Shown here piece after piece: positions 22,190-35,800 of a stretch of DNA of 64,000 bases; the first letter of the stretch is position 1; the number at the start of each line of letters is the position of its first letter. This stretch comes from Lophium mytilinum (Eukaryota). The translations under genes and the position numbers were made by a program. The DNA lies in NCBI GenBank assembly GCA_010093605.1, contig MU004193.1, positions 1,309,520 to 1,373,519 of the forward strand. The letters are read 5' to 3'. The notes under the pieces were generated by a model, which was not told the origin of the DNA, searched no databases, and saw nothing but the letters and a program-made list of their open reading frames with translations.

Positions 22190-25100
22190 TTACAACGTCC
22201 GTGCCATGGAAAGAGAAGGTGGACTAGGCTTCCCTGACCTCCTCCTGATACCCTTCGGCTTCGGTGGAGCAGGGCTGGGCTTCGGTCCTTTCGTCTTCTT
22301 CTCCAGCGATATCCTCGCTCTAGATACAAGATCCATTTTATCCTTGCACGACGTCTCCATTCGTAGCACAGTCTCGCGGTACAAGGTGCCACTTGTCCAA
22401 TCGTAGCTGCAGCCGACAGCGCGTTGCATGCCGCCTTCGCTACCGAGAAGCAGGAAGCAAATGGGAGGTCGAGCGGCTTCGAAGAGGGTCACTGTCATAG
22501 TGTTTGTGTCGACGAGGGTAAAGATCTAGGTGGTTTAGCTTGGTCTACGAAAGGTACCATACGAGAGACGAAAGTGTTGCAACACAGTAGAGTGGAATAG
22601 ACATACCTTCTGTTCCCCTAACTGGCTCTTCTGTGCTCTCTCCACCAAATCCCGTACGTCTGCATGCGTAGTCGGATCGACGGCAATGCAGTGGCCATCC
22701 TCGTATTCGTCATCAACTTCATGGCGTGAGAGCGGAGAGCCAAAGGGATGCCATCGAAGTCGACCTTTTCGGTCGCCAAAAATGAGAAATTCAATTTGGT
22801 CGATCGGGAGATATCCTTCAAAGCCGAAGAGCCATGGCTGAGTATTCCACAGCTTGCCCCCATACAGAGTGTGGATAAGCTTTGGAGCCACGAACAACAT
22901 TGGGACGGAGTAAAGAACGAAGACGATGCCCCAGCCTTTGATGACACGGTCGTCTATGATAAGTCGTACTATGTACTGAACGAGTTCAAATGTTCTTCGT
23001 TCGCGAGAATCAGTAGTCACCCCCCATGGAATGGTGTAATGATCCGCGATCCAATGCTCGTCCTTCTTAAGTCGATGGGCAATCCAGAGCATAACACCAC
23101 CAATAAGCACGGCGAGGGACGCGGTGTGTAGCATGAGCCGGACGAGTAATCGAGTCCAGGACCAGCGACGGCGGACGTTTACGGAGGCGAATGATTTCCA
23201 GCGGACGTTTGCGCCTCGAGCACCGTCTACGATGATTGTATTGTCTTCGCCGATCCCAGCGATCTGGCAAGTTGGGTATATGTCCCAAAGATTGACCTCG
23301 TATGCGTCGTCCATGTTGTGCCATGCCTGTGTCGGGTTCTTAGGTAGGATGCAAGCTAGGCGTTCGAGGAGGAGGTCGCTATCATTTGCGAGAGAAAGCC
23401 TATGCGAAGCGATTATATTAGTGCATTGTAGGGTTTCGAGCCTGTCTGTGGTTTAATACCTAGCAAAAGCCTGGAAATCGCTATCCGTCTGATCCACTTC
23501 CGGTCGCACTCGAAGGAGCCCCATCAAAGCATATGAGTGGTCTCCTTGCATATATTTGCCATGCTGCCGCGAATATAGGCACTGCAATCCAAGGGTGACC
23601 AACTCTAGCCTGCTGAGAATGAGATTACCCTCATAATGGTCGATGAGCTGCCGAGATGCGTTCTGGTCCTTCCAAACTAATGGGGCAAGTTGGTTCTTCT
23701 CCAGAATAAGCGGAGACGAGTGGTCATCTAGATCATCCGCAGTGTAGACTACGATCGGTTTACGAGCGGGGCTAAGGAGAACTTCCGGAAATGTCCATAA
23801 GCGCTCCCCCCATTGCCGTAACATGATGTCTCTGGTTGGCAATGGCATCCTAGGGTCATGGTCCGCGTGAGGTCCGACAATAATTGCTACTGCCTTGGCT
23901 CCACGAATGACATCGCTGAGACGGAAGATCTACGGTCGAGTTAGTACCACCTTAGCTTAATTACTTTCTGGAAGAGTGAGGAACATACGTCGTCTTGAAG
24001 TTGATCGGAATCTGGCATGCAGGAACATCCGATCCAAAAGGCGGAAAGACCTTCGGCTCGAGCGGCTTTCTCGGCGATATCAATCAGCAGTTGACAGTGG
24101 CTCTGAGATTCGCTGGGAAACTGCCCCGTGAAGTAGGATATGAAAAGATATGGCAACGGGCCCTTGTTGGATTGGTTCTCGGCGATCCAATCATCCACAG
24201 ACACTCTGTCGACCTCACCGAGGGTGGGTGAGGCTAGGTCTCGAATCACACAAAGATAGCGTGGGTGTAAGAGACGATTAGAGACTGGGTTTGTCTTTTG
24301 AGGTGCATGGTCTGTGTGCTTTTTCGCCGCTTTTTCTTCGAGCATATTTCGCGCCACCTAAGATGCGGTCAGAGAACTATTTCAAGATGAAAGGGATCAT
24401 GCTAAACGCGCCTTGGAGTAGCCGTGGAATTTGTATGGGAAGCAATCGTAACGACCTCCGTTGCGGACTTCGCCTTCAACATTTCCCGGAAAACCGATCT
24501 ACAGCTGTTGGTTAAATGTTTCCCAGAATGACCTCTTTCGGACATACCACTAGTACCAAAGCCATCGCAGCAGGTAGGTATTTCAGGCATAAAAGAGCTA
24601 GCTGTGTCTTTGTCACCTTTTCCGCATCGTATGGGATGTGACTCGCGGGCCAATTGGCAATACGTAGATGGAAGGGGCTGATGTTGCGTACGAAGGTACG
24701 GTTCCATGTTGCATGGCTAGACGAATCATCGTAGATAGTATCCACCGCTTGGACAGTGAGCTTTTCCGTTCGGCCGTTGAATGGTGAGATGTATCTGTCG
24801 TCGAGCTTGCCTTGAGCCATATAGTTAGCAGCTATGGTTATATTCGGTCAGAAGCTTCCAACCTTCCCGGTATCTCAACATAGAGTCTTTATTTCGGTAA
24901 GTTGTCGCTCCACCATATACCCACTGGGATGGTTTATAGAAGTGAGGATGTTTGAATTGGATGGAGCTTTGGCTGCTGAAGATGTGAAGGTACCCTTTTA
25001 GCGGAATTTCACGTTTCGGCTAGACATGCACGAGTTAGAACACGATATCGATTCAGGAACAGGTTTGAAGAATATAATCATTTTCGAAGAGACATACACC

Positions 25101-25692
25101 GTAAGATTCGTGATTCTCATCCGACTCGGGCCTTTCTGCCGGATTAATGAAAGTTCCCTTCTCGGCATCATCACCCCTCCGCCGGAACATCTGGTCGAAA
25201 CATCAATAGATACTCAACGAGCAAACATATTGACTACCTTTACTAGACGGCTTTCTCTCTTAGGTGCCACTGGCGCGGCTTGAACTGTTTGCGGAGTGCC
25301 CATTTGAAGCATTTGACTCGGTGGATACTGCTATACCTTATTGGGACGACCTCGTTAAAAGCCACCAGCGGACTCACATTCTGATAGTAATTATTCGCAC
25401 CGTATTGAGCGTATGCCGGATATTGGGCTTGATATGGGCCTTGATATGGGGCTTGATATGGGGCCTGATATGGGGCCTGATATGGGGTCTGATATGGGGC
25501 CTGATGTGGAGACTGTTGGCCAGAAAGTGGCGGGCTTTGATACATGTTTGATGTGGGATACGGACTGCCGTATATAGGCTGACCTTGTGACTGGGGAGGA
25601 CTCGTTGGAGCGAATTGCGTATTAGAACTTGGCGCACCGTAGCTACTTTGATATTGCGGTTGTGATGTCTGAGGGGGCGGGTAAGAGTTCAT
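22190..25692 (-). CDS. Multi-exon membrane protein with a divergent HET-like domain and QAPY-repeat N-terminus
   Basis: ORF pieces join through introns. Motifs in order: YLFISY, FWIGCSCM, LSDVIRGA, WGERLWTFPEVLL, DHSYALMGLL; then two TM helices and GSEGGMQRA..CSYDW..TLYRETVLRM. Confidence 0.75.
25420..25505 (-). repeat. 12-nt coding tandem repeat, ~7 copies, encoding QAPY
   Basis: TGATATGGGGCC-type units on the + strand. Confidence 0.9.
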
Positions 25693-26960
25693 GCTCGAGT
25701 AAGGCTGTGCATAAGCGTGTCTGTTTGCAGGATCGAAGCCTCCACCATGAGCCTATTTAGAGCAAGGTTAGAATCTCTCGATAAGACACAGGCGATGTAT
25801 AGACTCTAAACTTACTGCATCTGTGTTTGATGAAATTGGTGAAACATTGCCTGGGACATGCCCACCTCCATGCCTTCTTGGTGCTGCCATGCTAGAGGAC
25901 TACAATACAACAAAAGATGTTCCAGTCTTTGGGTAAGTTTGAGATAGAGGTGCGTTGAAAAGTGACGGTAGATGGTCCCCGAGGTGCGGCAGAACCCGAG
26001 GGCTGTCGCTCAACTCGGCTCTTGATATATGCCATTACACCCGCCTCTTCTTATTTCGTTGTCTCGATGTCAAAGGCGGGGGCGGAGTGTTACCATTGGT
26101 GCCCCATGCGCGAAATGTGAGTCGGGGGAACAGATTGTGATAGAATGCGGAAGTCTGCATCAGGCTGAGCCTTATTTTAGGGTGCATTTCGGTCCGAAGA
26201 GTGCAAACATAGAAATGCTGAGCCCGTGCTATGCTTGCTCCTGCCTATCATACTTCCCATCACTATCATATGACCTTGCCTTTTACGCCCCATTTTACAG
26301 AGGCTATCAGCTTCTCGGCTAGAGAACGAAGCCACGATGCTGACCTTCCATGTACTTATCACTCATTGCCATGCATATGGATCCTGTGATCCGTGAGAAA
26401 GTCCAATAGCCACAGACACCATGCAACGAGGTTTCCGTGCTTCTGAACGCGTTGTTTGCAACCTGGAGCTCGGCGTAAACGTAAGATTAGGAGCGCCCCT
26501 GAGTGTCCGCCTGAGTAAGATGAAATCTTGAGAACTGTATGGTGCAAAGGCACCGCAGCTCTCTAACTGGAGTTTGCAAGTGAGGAGACTCAACGGCTGA
26601 TGGCGATATTCCTGGCAAGGCTGAAGGGTTGCATCGTGCCCCAAAGGTCGGAGAGGAGGTGGGGAAGCGGACCATGCAGCTAGCAAAATGGCGCTTGCTG
26701 AATCCGGCCTAGCAGTGTACTTTGCCCACACCTCAACCTCAGCCTTCCTGCACTTGTCGCCATGTCACCACACTTGCATGTTCTCCTTCGTATCAACTCG
26801 CCGCCATCACTGCAGCCTAGTGCTGGCCGGTTTCCTGGCCTCTCTTTGGGAGGCAGTGATCAGCCGTGAAGCACAGCCGAGTGGCTCGCATTCAAGTCCA
26901 AAGCCCCCAGCACATGCAGTATCTATTCCCCTGCCTAGGTCACTTCTTGTGACTGAAAAT

Positions 26961-28757
26961 ATGTTCGCAAATCACGAAGTGGGGTATGTCTTGCCGGCTT
27001 GGCCTTAGACATCGTTTCCGTCTGTAAGAGAGCTGTTCATGAGGAGATGCTTCCATTACACACCCAACGCCCATACCATCTTATTGGTTGGCGGTATGAG
27101 CACCGTCACTCAGAATGGAACAGAGCTTGCCGCACTATGCAGTAGCAACAACAATACCCAGGTGTCTGATGATCTAGCTCTGGATGTGTTCCAATGGAGT
27201 CAAGGTAGGCATGCTCACAGCCCGGAATGGGTATACTTTGTACACCTCGCTGATCCGATATGTCTGAGAAGGGGTTCAAGTCGGGCAATATTATAATTTG
27301 CAACAAGTGTCTTTGTTAGGAAGCCTCCCACCGTGTGACCTTAGAGTGATGTATGCTCACATTAATGAAGCCACCGCGGCAGAGGCTAATCTAAACGATT
27401 TAGACTTGCACCTCTGGATATCCAATTCAACTATGAAACGAGAGGTCTACCAGCACTATTCAAGTATTATGAATTTCCAGAATCGTTCATTTTAGAAAGG
27501 AAACACTCCGTCACGCAAGCTTTCGGCACGAATGAATGGAATGATGGCGCGATGTGTAAGTCGATCGCAGAACCACTCCGGCGGCATCTTTAATACGTTA
27601 CTCAAACTACGCTCCTAGGCTCGTGGCTTCATTTCCTGTGTAAAAACATTCACATCGACCGCACAAGTTCTCCAGGTAACCCCGACAAGTGCGAAATCGT
27701 AAACGTCATCCCAAACACTATCGCACTTAGACAAGCGGATTATAGCTGGCTACGTTCAGGCTACCTGCTCAAACGAGTACCTCGGGTTTCCGCTAATACC
27801 TCTATCAATGGCAGCTCATCCAGTTCTGCTACAGTTCAGCCCCTCCCAGATCTCGTGACCCTCATATGCTTCGGAGCTCCAGACTCGCTCAAGCAAAGGT
27901 GCAATCGGCTGTTGCGAGGGCAACTATGGGAGAACTTCCTGAGTGATCCGTACGCCCTCTTCACTATGGTCATCGAAGAACTCTTTTTCCAGCTTGACCA
28001 TTCCGCCTGGAATCTTTCCGATGCATTCGGCACCATAGAACATGTATGCCGATATAAGTTCACAGATTTGCTAAATCGCCCTTTGGCTAATCATCAATCC
28101 ACAGCGAATTTTGACGAGCGTAGACCGTCCAGGACAAGCGGCAGATCACGTAGATTTCGTCTCCCTCCACACCATTGCTAAAGCCATCACCTACCTTAAT
28201 GAAGGAGTTGACGCTATGCTACTGACGCTAGAAGACATGGCAGCAACATACGATGAGAAAATGAGCCAGCCGGCCACTACATCCGCCATAAATTTGAAAG
28301 CTGAAATTCGCCATCGCCGCGGACTATTTCGGAGCACCCGATTGCGTTTACAAAGCCTCGAGAAACGCATGTCTAACATTATCAATCTAGTAAGCCAAGA
28401 CTACACTTCATCAACTAAGCCCATACCCCACTGATACACCCTGAGTCTTTCAATCTAGTCACACAGCAAGACAGCCGCGTCGTCCAGCGCGACAGCAGCG
28501 TAATGAAAATTATCGCCGTCGTCACGCTTTTCTTCCTCCCTTCGTCAACCATAGCTACGATTTTCGGTACTCAATTCTTCAATTTTGGGGATTTCGGCAA
28601 TGGGACGCCCGAGTTCAAGGTCAGCTCTTATTTCTGGATCTTCTGGCTGGTCAGCATTTGCACTACTGGGGCTGCGTTTGTGGTATGGTGGTTTTATTAT
28701 CGACGCATCAAAAGAGTGATTCAGAAGCGGGATGTGGCTCGTCAGAGCGGTGTGTGA
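26961..28757 (+). CDS. Fungal CorA-like (Mg2+ transporter superfamily) membrane protein, multi-exon; start uncertain
   Basis: Spliced exons read SWLHFLCKNI, RQADYSWLRSG, VTLICFGAP, RLQSLEKRMSNIINL, FNLVTQQDS and MKIIAVVTLFFLPSSTIATIFGTQFF, then a second TM helix FWIFWLVSI. Confidence 0.8.
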
Positions 28758-29233
28758 GAGGATTGAGATACGCTCCTTTTCATTCAAGCAGCCTTATCGA
28801 GCATCTATTTTGACTACGCTCATATTGGCAGTTCAATGCTTCTTCGTTCAAATGTCATTACCGATTCGGAGGACCCAACTTAAGCTATTGAATCGAATCA
28901 GACCGCCGTCATTAGTACGCTGCGTTCAGATTTCTTGCGTTCAGCTGCCACGACTGTTTTCTTGGAATGCGAACCTCAAAAGTTCGTATTGAGTTTCCAA
29001 GTACACTCGCGGAGCTTTCTCTACATTAGTCTTCCCGAATCCCAACGAGCGGATTGTGAGTATGGGTGGTATAGGGTGAGGGTTAGTAATCATATCCGAC
29101 TTTGAAGTAACACGATACGTCAATAGTAATCAGGCCGACTGTCTTTACGTCTCTTCTAAACTCACTTCCCTAACACATGTATGCCTCCATACTTCTACTC
29201 ATGAAGGTTCCAGCAGAGTAAGGTAAACCCGCA

Positions 29234-30318
29234 ATGTGGGATCCCAAGGAGATCAAAAACGTCGTCGTCTTCGGCGGCACCGGCGCGCAAGGCAAATCCG
29301 TCGTGAAGCGTAAATACTCCACAAATATCTTCCACAAGCACCTCTAAACCTAGCAGAACTTACCGCTACGGGACTCTATAACATCACAGTTCCAACCCGC
29401 AACCCCTCTACCCCGGCTGCTCTAGATCTCCTTACTTACAACAACACCCGCCTCCTCCAAGCATCCTACACCACCGCATCCGGCCTACACGCCATCTTCG
29501 CGAACCAAGACGCCGCTTTCATATCCTTCAACTCCTTCGCCCTCCGCGAACCAGACGAACTCTACTGGACCATTCGCGCCTACGAAATCGCCGCCGCGAG
29601 CGGGGTGAAGCACTTCGTCTACTCGGGTGCGCCGAATCGGCTCGCGGCGCACGGCTACGACGAAAAGTTCAGGAACGCGCATAATGCGGTCGCGGGGCAT
29701 TTAACGAGCTGGCTGGAAGCGCAGCCGACGACGCAGATGGCGTGGACGGTGGTTACGGGGGGCGTGTATATTGAGATGCTGGGGTCGCTGCTGAAGCCTG
29801 TGCAGGCGGGGGATGGGACGCTTGTGTTTGCGGCGCCGATTGGGGAGGGCAGTGTGCCGCTGATGCCGTTGGAGGATTATGGGGCGTTGGTTAAGTGGGT
29901 GTTGGGGCATCCGGAGGAGAGTGTGGGGAAGAGAATAGCAGGGGCGCCGTTTGTGACGTCTTGGCCAGAGTTGGTGGAGGCGTTTAAGGAGGCGACGGGG
30001 TTGGAAGCGGTGTTCAGGGATTTGACGAAGGAGGAGTGGTTTGAGGGGATTAAGGGGTATGTTGATCCTGACGAGAGGATGCCGAAGGGGGTGGCGGAGG
30101 ATGATGAGACGGCGACAACGTTTAAAAAGAGCTTTGGGGCGTGGTGGGATTTGTGGAAGTTCAATGAGAGAGATGTGGAGGTGGAGAGGAGGCAGAGGGA
30201 CTTTATGGAGGCAGTCAATCCGGGGAGGCCAAAGTCTGTTGCGGATTGGATGAAGAGGACGGGATATGACGGGGGATTGAAGGAGGCGTTGAAGATGAGG
30301 AAAGATGAGGAAGCGTGA
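29234..30318 (+). CDS. NmrA-like NAD(P)-binding protein (2 exons)
   Basis: VVVFGGTGAQGKSVV Rossmann motif; E.YWTIRAYEIA, VKHFVYS and LVFAAPIGEGSVP. Confidence 0.88.
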
Positions 30319-30673
30319 TTGATCGTGATGCTGGGAGGTGCCAACTGGCCGCCTCCTGTTCTAAATCTCTCTTGAAGACTTCAGTTATGTACCTGTAGTC
30401 GGGGAGCTCTTTGGTAAAGTGTGCGGGACTGCCGAGCTATATCGAGCATAATCTTCCGCTGATTGAACATGGCAGTTTGAGCTGCTTGTATAGCGATTGA
30501 TAATTGCGAAAATTAGGACGTCGACCGAAGGAAGGGATGGGAGATCTGACGCTAATACTATTACGGTTAGTACGCCAAGACAGCTTGCCTCGCGTGCCTC
30601 AAAATCCTTAAATATCGCACACGGACCTCATCACAACAACCACCTCCAACGACAACACAGGAACGCTTCGAAG

Positions 30674-31649
30674 ATGAGCAGAGGCAGCGCGTCAACGCGC
30701 AACAAGAAGAACCAGGCAAATCATGCTCGAAAGCAGCTCCGCAAGATGAAACTCAAGATCATGATCGATCACAGCGTCAAAACCCGTGACAGAAGGTGGT
30801 CGAAACAGCGGAGGCACCAATGGGTTGACAAGATTAGACACACCGAGGAAAAGGAAACCATGAAGTTCTTGTTGATGCAGCGGGTTAACGAGGACGTTCG
30901 CGCAGGCCGTGGGTACCCAGACTCGCACCTGCTCGGGATCCCGCGCGAAGTCCGCCAGCAGATCCTTCTTCACGTCATTCCACCCGACGTCCTTACCGAC
31001 GTCACCAACCTACAGCTCCGAAAGTTTTGCGCTATCCTCGCCAGTATCCATCCCAATGTTCGGGACGAGATGCCTTATGTCTACAAGCAATACGAGCGAG
31101 AGCGAGCCGAACTCGTGCAAACCCGCAACCGGAACCGCATCGTTTCTAGCCGCCTCATCACCGAGCTAATCAATCCTATTGCGGAAAATAGCATGCCCCA
31201 GAATAAGAAAGGCTCAGTCAAGTTCTGCAAGTTGAAGAAGCAGGGGAGGGTTAGATATCAACGTTGCTGGAAGTGTGGATATAGGCACTACGGCAACACT
31301 GTCGTGTGCAAACCGTACAAGAAACCCGAGGACGACGAATTGGGAGGATGGGGAAGTTATATAAGGGTCTCGACTGCAAATCAGATCGATAAGTGGGGTG
31401 CTGACGAGTGGCTGGCAAAGCTGAAGGTAGATGATCGGCTACGTCAAGGATGAGTAGCTTTACTGAAATATGACTGACCATTTCTAGGAGCGACCTGTAG
31501 GAAATCATCCGGCTCCGGGCGGGTTCGGAACCCCAGGAGAATTTGAAGGTCCACCCCCAGGAGGGTTCGGACCACCAGGTTGGGTTGGACCATCAGGATG
31601 CTTTGGAGGACCACAAGGCGGACCAGTGCTTTCAGGACCCGACGAATGA
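30674..31649 (+). CDS. Hypothetical basic protein: F-box-like motif, CCHC-like knuckle, Pro/Gly/Phe tail (exons 30674-31426, 31488-31649)
   Basis: Motifs LLGIPREVRQQILLHVI and RCWKCGYRHYGNTVVC. A phase-0 intron (GTAGAT...CTGAC...TAG) leads to an exon encoding PGGFGTPGEFEGPPPGGFGPPG. Confidence 0.65.
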
Positions 31650-32685
31650 ACAAATATCTGGTTGGATGCATCACTTGTAACCAATTGGATTGAGATTCAA
31701 CCAATAGTATCGGGGTTCTGTACAAATACCAACTCATGGTTTACACACTATCCTATATCACGTGACATCCGCTTCACTGAAGTCCTTTTCCACCATTCTG
31801 GCTCTGCTTAGCGTCCCTCATCATATTGACCAAAGCGTAGCGCATTGTACCATGTTTACTATTCATGTAGACCTACCAGACCTCCGTTGGGGTGGCTCTT
31901 GATGCTCACCTTCTTGTGTCAATTCCGTTGGCTATTCTAACAATGCTGCATGCTAAGCTATCTGTGTAAGAGATCCACGTCAATTCTACACGAAAGATAG
32001 TCCTAGGTATGAGGTGGCAAGGAAACCCAGAAACAGGTTACCTTGTGAAAGTGATAGCGGTAGTGCATAAGTACGCGCAGTCATATAGACTTTCGCTGGT
32101 TGTTCCTAGCTCGTGAAACACGCGACTGAAACTTAGTTTGACTGAGGCTGGCAAATTTATTTTATTAACATGGACACAAGTTTCTAGGGACATTCTGTCA
32201 CAGCAGCTTTGTTCACCATGTGCAAGAAATATTGGCGGTCCGGGTGGAATGTCCGGATCCCTAGCCGCGAAGGCGTAAGCAGCCAAGCAAACCGGGGGGC
32301 ACAGCGACCAGTCAGGCTCCGCGTTCACTGAAACTTGCAGTTCGCCTAAGCCAGTGCGGAGGACTGCCCCTTCTTGTGACGCCGAGCCTGCTAGTCAACC
32401 TTTAGATCTGAATTTGGACGTGAATCGATGGAAGATACGGCAGCGATCGTATGAGCAGTACAGCGACCAGCTCCGCCGCATGCAAGCCACCACTCGGCCA
32501 TTCGAGTACCCATTAGCAAAAAGAGAGATTGCAGAGCCGCCCACATAGGCAAATGAGTTGCTGTACGGGAGGCCCGATGCTGAACTGGGAGGCCGCCCAG
32601 GCTCTTCCTGTCTGCAGGACTTCTACATTATTTAAACACCTGCAATACCCGATAGAGCTCGAGCGAAAAGCCGACCACGATCTTA

Positions 32686-32791
32686 CACTTCAGTCTTGTC
32701 AATCACACTTAAGCTTTGTCGCACTTCAGCCTCGTTGCACTTCAGCCTCGTTGCACTTCAGCCTTGTCGCACTTCAGCCTTGCCGCACTTC
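32686..32791 (+). repeat. 16-nt minisatellite GCACTTCAGCCTYGTY, 5 good copies plus 2 degenerate, just upstream of the ATG at 32842
   Basis: Read directly from the sequence. Confidence 0.9.
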
Positions 32792-32841
32792 AATTTCTAA
32801 TACTACACTTTCAGCTTTTTTCCTCGACCGAGAGTAGAAAC

Positions 32842-35800
32842 ATGGCCGAAGAATGCATCAACCGAATCCCAGACGCTTCGGAGTCAAATAATCTACCAGG
32901 AGGAGGCCTCGGCCCTCGACTGGAATCCACCGAGGCATTTCAGGAGCCTCCTGATATCGAGGACGTCGAGTTCCGCTATTCTCTTCTTGGTGGGTCTCTT
33001 TGCCAACTTATGCCCCTCTCAATACCCCTACCTAAGTGATACTAGATAAGCTAAAGTCGGAGGAATGCATCTCAATACCTGAAGAGGCAAAGCAAAAGTC
33101 CAGGGATCCATACCCATATGTATCGTTTGGGGACGAAGGTACAACCGGAAGTGTCACCGCATACGGAGATCTCATGCAGATCACTCAGTTTCTCGAGTTG
33201 AGCCGCTCAGGTTTCTTCTCTGTGGATCTTCCTCAAGTGCCGGAGCCGTACTTCGTTCAGGATCGAACACAAACACTCATGGATATTCGCAACCGCAACT
33301 ACACAGGTATATATGCGATTTTACAAGGAGTAGACTTTCCCGATGAGTCTTCAGAAATGAAGGTAGAATTCATCCACGATCGGTGGCCACTCTTCACAAC
33401 GAAATACGACTATATCACATTCAAAATCCAACATGTCGCATTTCAAGGTACCGTCTTTCAGCAGTACCATTATTCGACGGAGAAGGAACCTTTTGTAGTC
33501 CCCTCAGGCTTCAAAGTTTCAATATCAGCGGACTTGCGAATACGAGACTTGGACTTCATCGATCCCCAATACAAATTCAACGAAGAAGACCAGCCATCAG
33601 ATAACTATTCTCATCGTCTCAGCAAGAGTAAACACGGTTTCATTCTGAAGCACACGGGCTTAGTGTCGGACGACGATTTGCAGCCGCAGAAGGGAACCAA
33701 TGATTCCGTCGCTTTGGCCGTCTCCATTTTTGTTAACGGCGAACTGCAGGAGCTTGTTCAAGATTCCGAAGAAGATTCCGAGGATTGGTATTTCACCAAA
33801 CCCGGGAAGGGGTTCTTGATGGAGCCGTCAAAGCCCTTGCAGATAACAGTGGCTTTCAAATTGCTGCCATGCAAGAAAGATTGGGATGGCGGCAATTTTC
33901 CGATCACACAGCACAGCCTTCGCGAAATGCACAAGATGTTGGAAGCAAGTTCATTTACAAGACTAAAGCTGTCAGAAAATGATCTTCACATGGACTTCGT
34001 CATGCGACGAAATTTGGAGCATATACTCTCGGTTTGCAGTACTCCAGTGCCTCATACGTGTCGAAAAGGCTGTGAGGACGGAAAGCTATGCCCAGAGAAG
34101 ACAGCCATTGCTTTAACATGTGGAGATTTGTCGGGACATCGAATCGTCACATCAGCAAGTTTGTAGGTCAGACAGGACTGCTCAATTCCTCATTTAGCTG
34201 ACTAGTCAGTTTTGCTTTCCAATTCCTTCTTTCGATGTTCAAGTACCTCGAGAAATTCCGAAATCAGGCAGCCGCAGAACGCCATCCTACTCATTGCAAG
34301 TGCAACCAAAATGACAGAGCCGCCTGCGAATGGATGTTCTCCGGCTTGTTACAACGAAGGATCAAGGAAGTATGCAGGATGCACTTAATCTGGATAGGGC
34401 AAGCTGAAATAGTTGATGCCTGTTTTGGAGCGAACTACTGGGCCACTGGCAAACAAATCGCTGCAGCAGACACCCCCAGCTTGAAAGCTCTGACGGACAC
34501 ACCATTTCAATTAATAAAACTTGCTGATTTCAGGACGATGTTCAAACATAGTAAGGACGAAAAGCTCGTTAAGGCTCTTGAGCCTCTTCTTGAGCCTCTT
34601 GTGGGGCCTTGGATCAAGTCAATAGACACTGATAACGGACGAGAGTTTTACGCGTTCCCTCATCCTACAAGTATCCGCGCTGGAGTTCAAGAATTCCGAT
34701 TAGAAGACCATGTTTGGATTTGGAGAGCCTTTCAGTCGGTCAAGAGCCTTGGCCTTGGGAGCAAGTTGGAGAATTTTGAGCGTCCCCTGAGGCCAGGTGA
34801 TCTCAACACGGAGAGAGCGGCAAAGATCCCCCTGTCCTCGGACTACTCTCCGACAGTGTTTCAACGACATGTCCTGCGACGATTCACCACAGAGAATCCT
34901 GTTTCTAGACAAAGAATGCTTGCTGTTGCACGGTCAACGTCTGATAACAGATTTTATCTCCATTCTCGAGATACTGCGTTGCTCTACACAGAAACCTCTT
35001 CATTTTTTGCCAAATCCGGCACTTTCTGGAAAGCTACTATCGATGCACAGAGATTCCATGACGAGAACCAGGATTCAAGATGGGATAACCCGTTGCGTTA
35101 CGCGCTGGCCTTCATGATGGGTAGAAAAGGCCTTCAGATCAACGACAGATTGCCGGATGATCTTTCTAATGCTGCGAAAGACCTTTTGCTGCAGAGTTCG
35201 TCTGCAAATGGGCTCTTCCCAGGCGCGCTGAACGCAGAGACCAAGGAGCCCGAGCTCTTCCGAAACGAAGCACAAAGAGACTTTTATTGGCACCGAACCT
35301 TCGAAGTTCCTTACATCCTCTGGCACTTCAATTCAGAAAACCAAAAGGCCGAGGATTTTGGGATGTCTCCACCAAATCCGAGCAACAAACCTGCTGGACA
35401 GACAAATGAAATACTAGCAATATCACTAGCCTCGGGGTTGCACTCTACTCAACTGGAGATGAAGAGATGGATGCCTTTCAATAACCTCATTGTTCAAAAG
35501 AGCATAGTTGACTTGTCGGATGAATGGTTGTACAACCTGCCGAGTTTCCTAGATTTCACGCCGTCTGTCAATGACAAAGACGATGCAGAAATTAATGAGA
35601 AAGACGCCACAGACCACCAATTCAGGGGTGTCATCATCGACATCCCCAAGACTGAGCACAACAAAAAAGGCAAAAGTCAACCATACAGTAATGAAGGTCC
35701 ATGGAGTAACTTCGAGGTCTTGTGCAACAAGGAGATGTATGAGAAGCTTAAAGAACGGCGTACAGCAAAGAGCGCCAAGAAGAGGCTTATTTGGTCTCCA

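Noticed and set aside
25955..26900. Short ORFs between the HET-like and CorA-like genes
   Set aside because: No coding signature; more likely shared promoter sequence.
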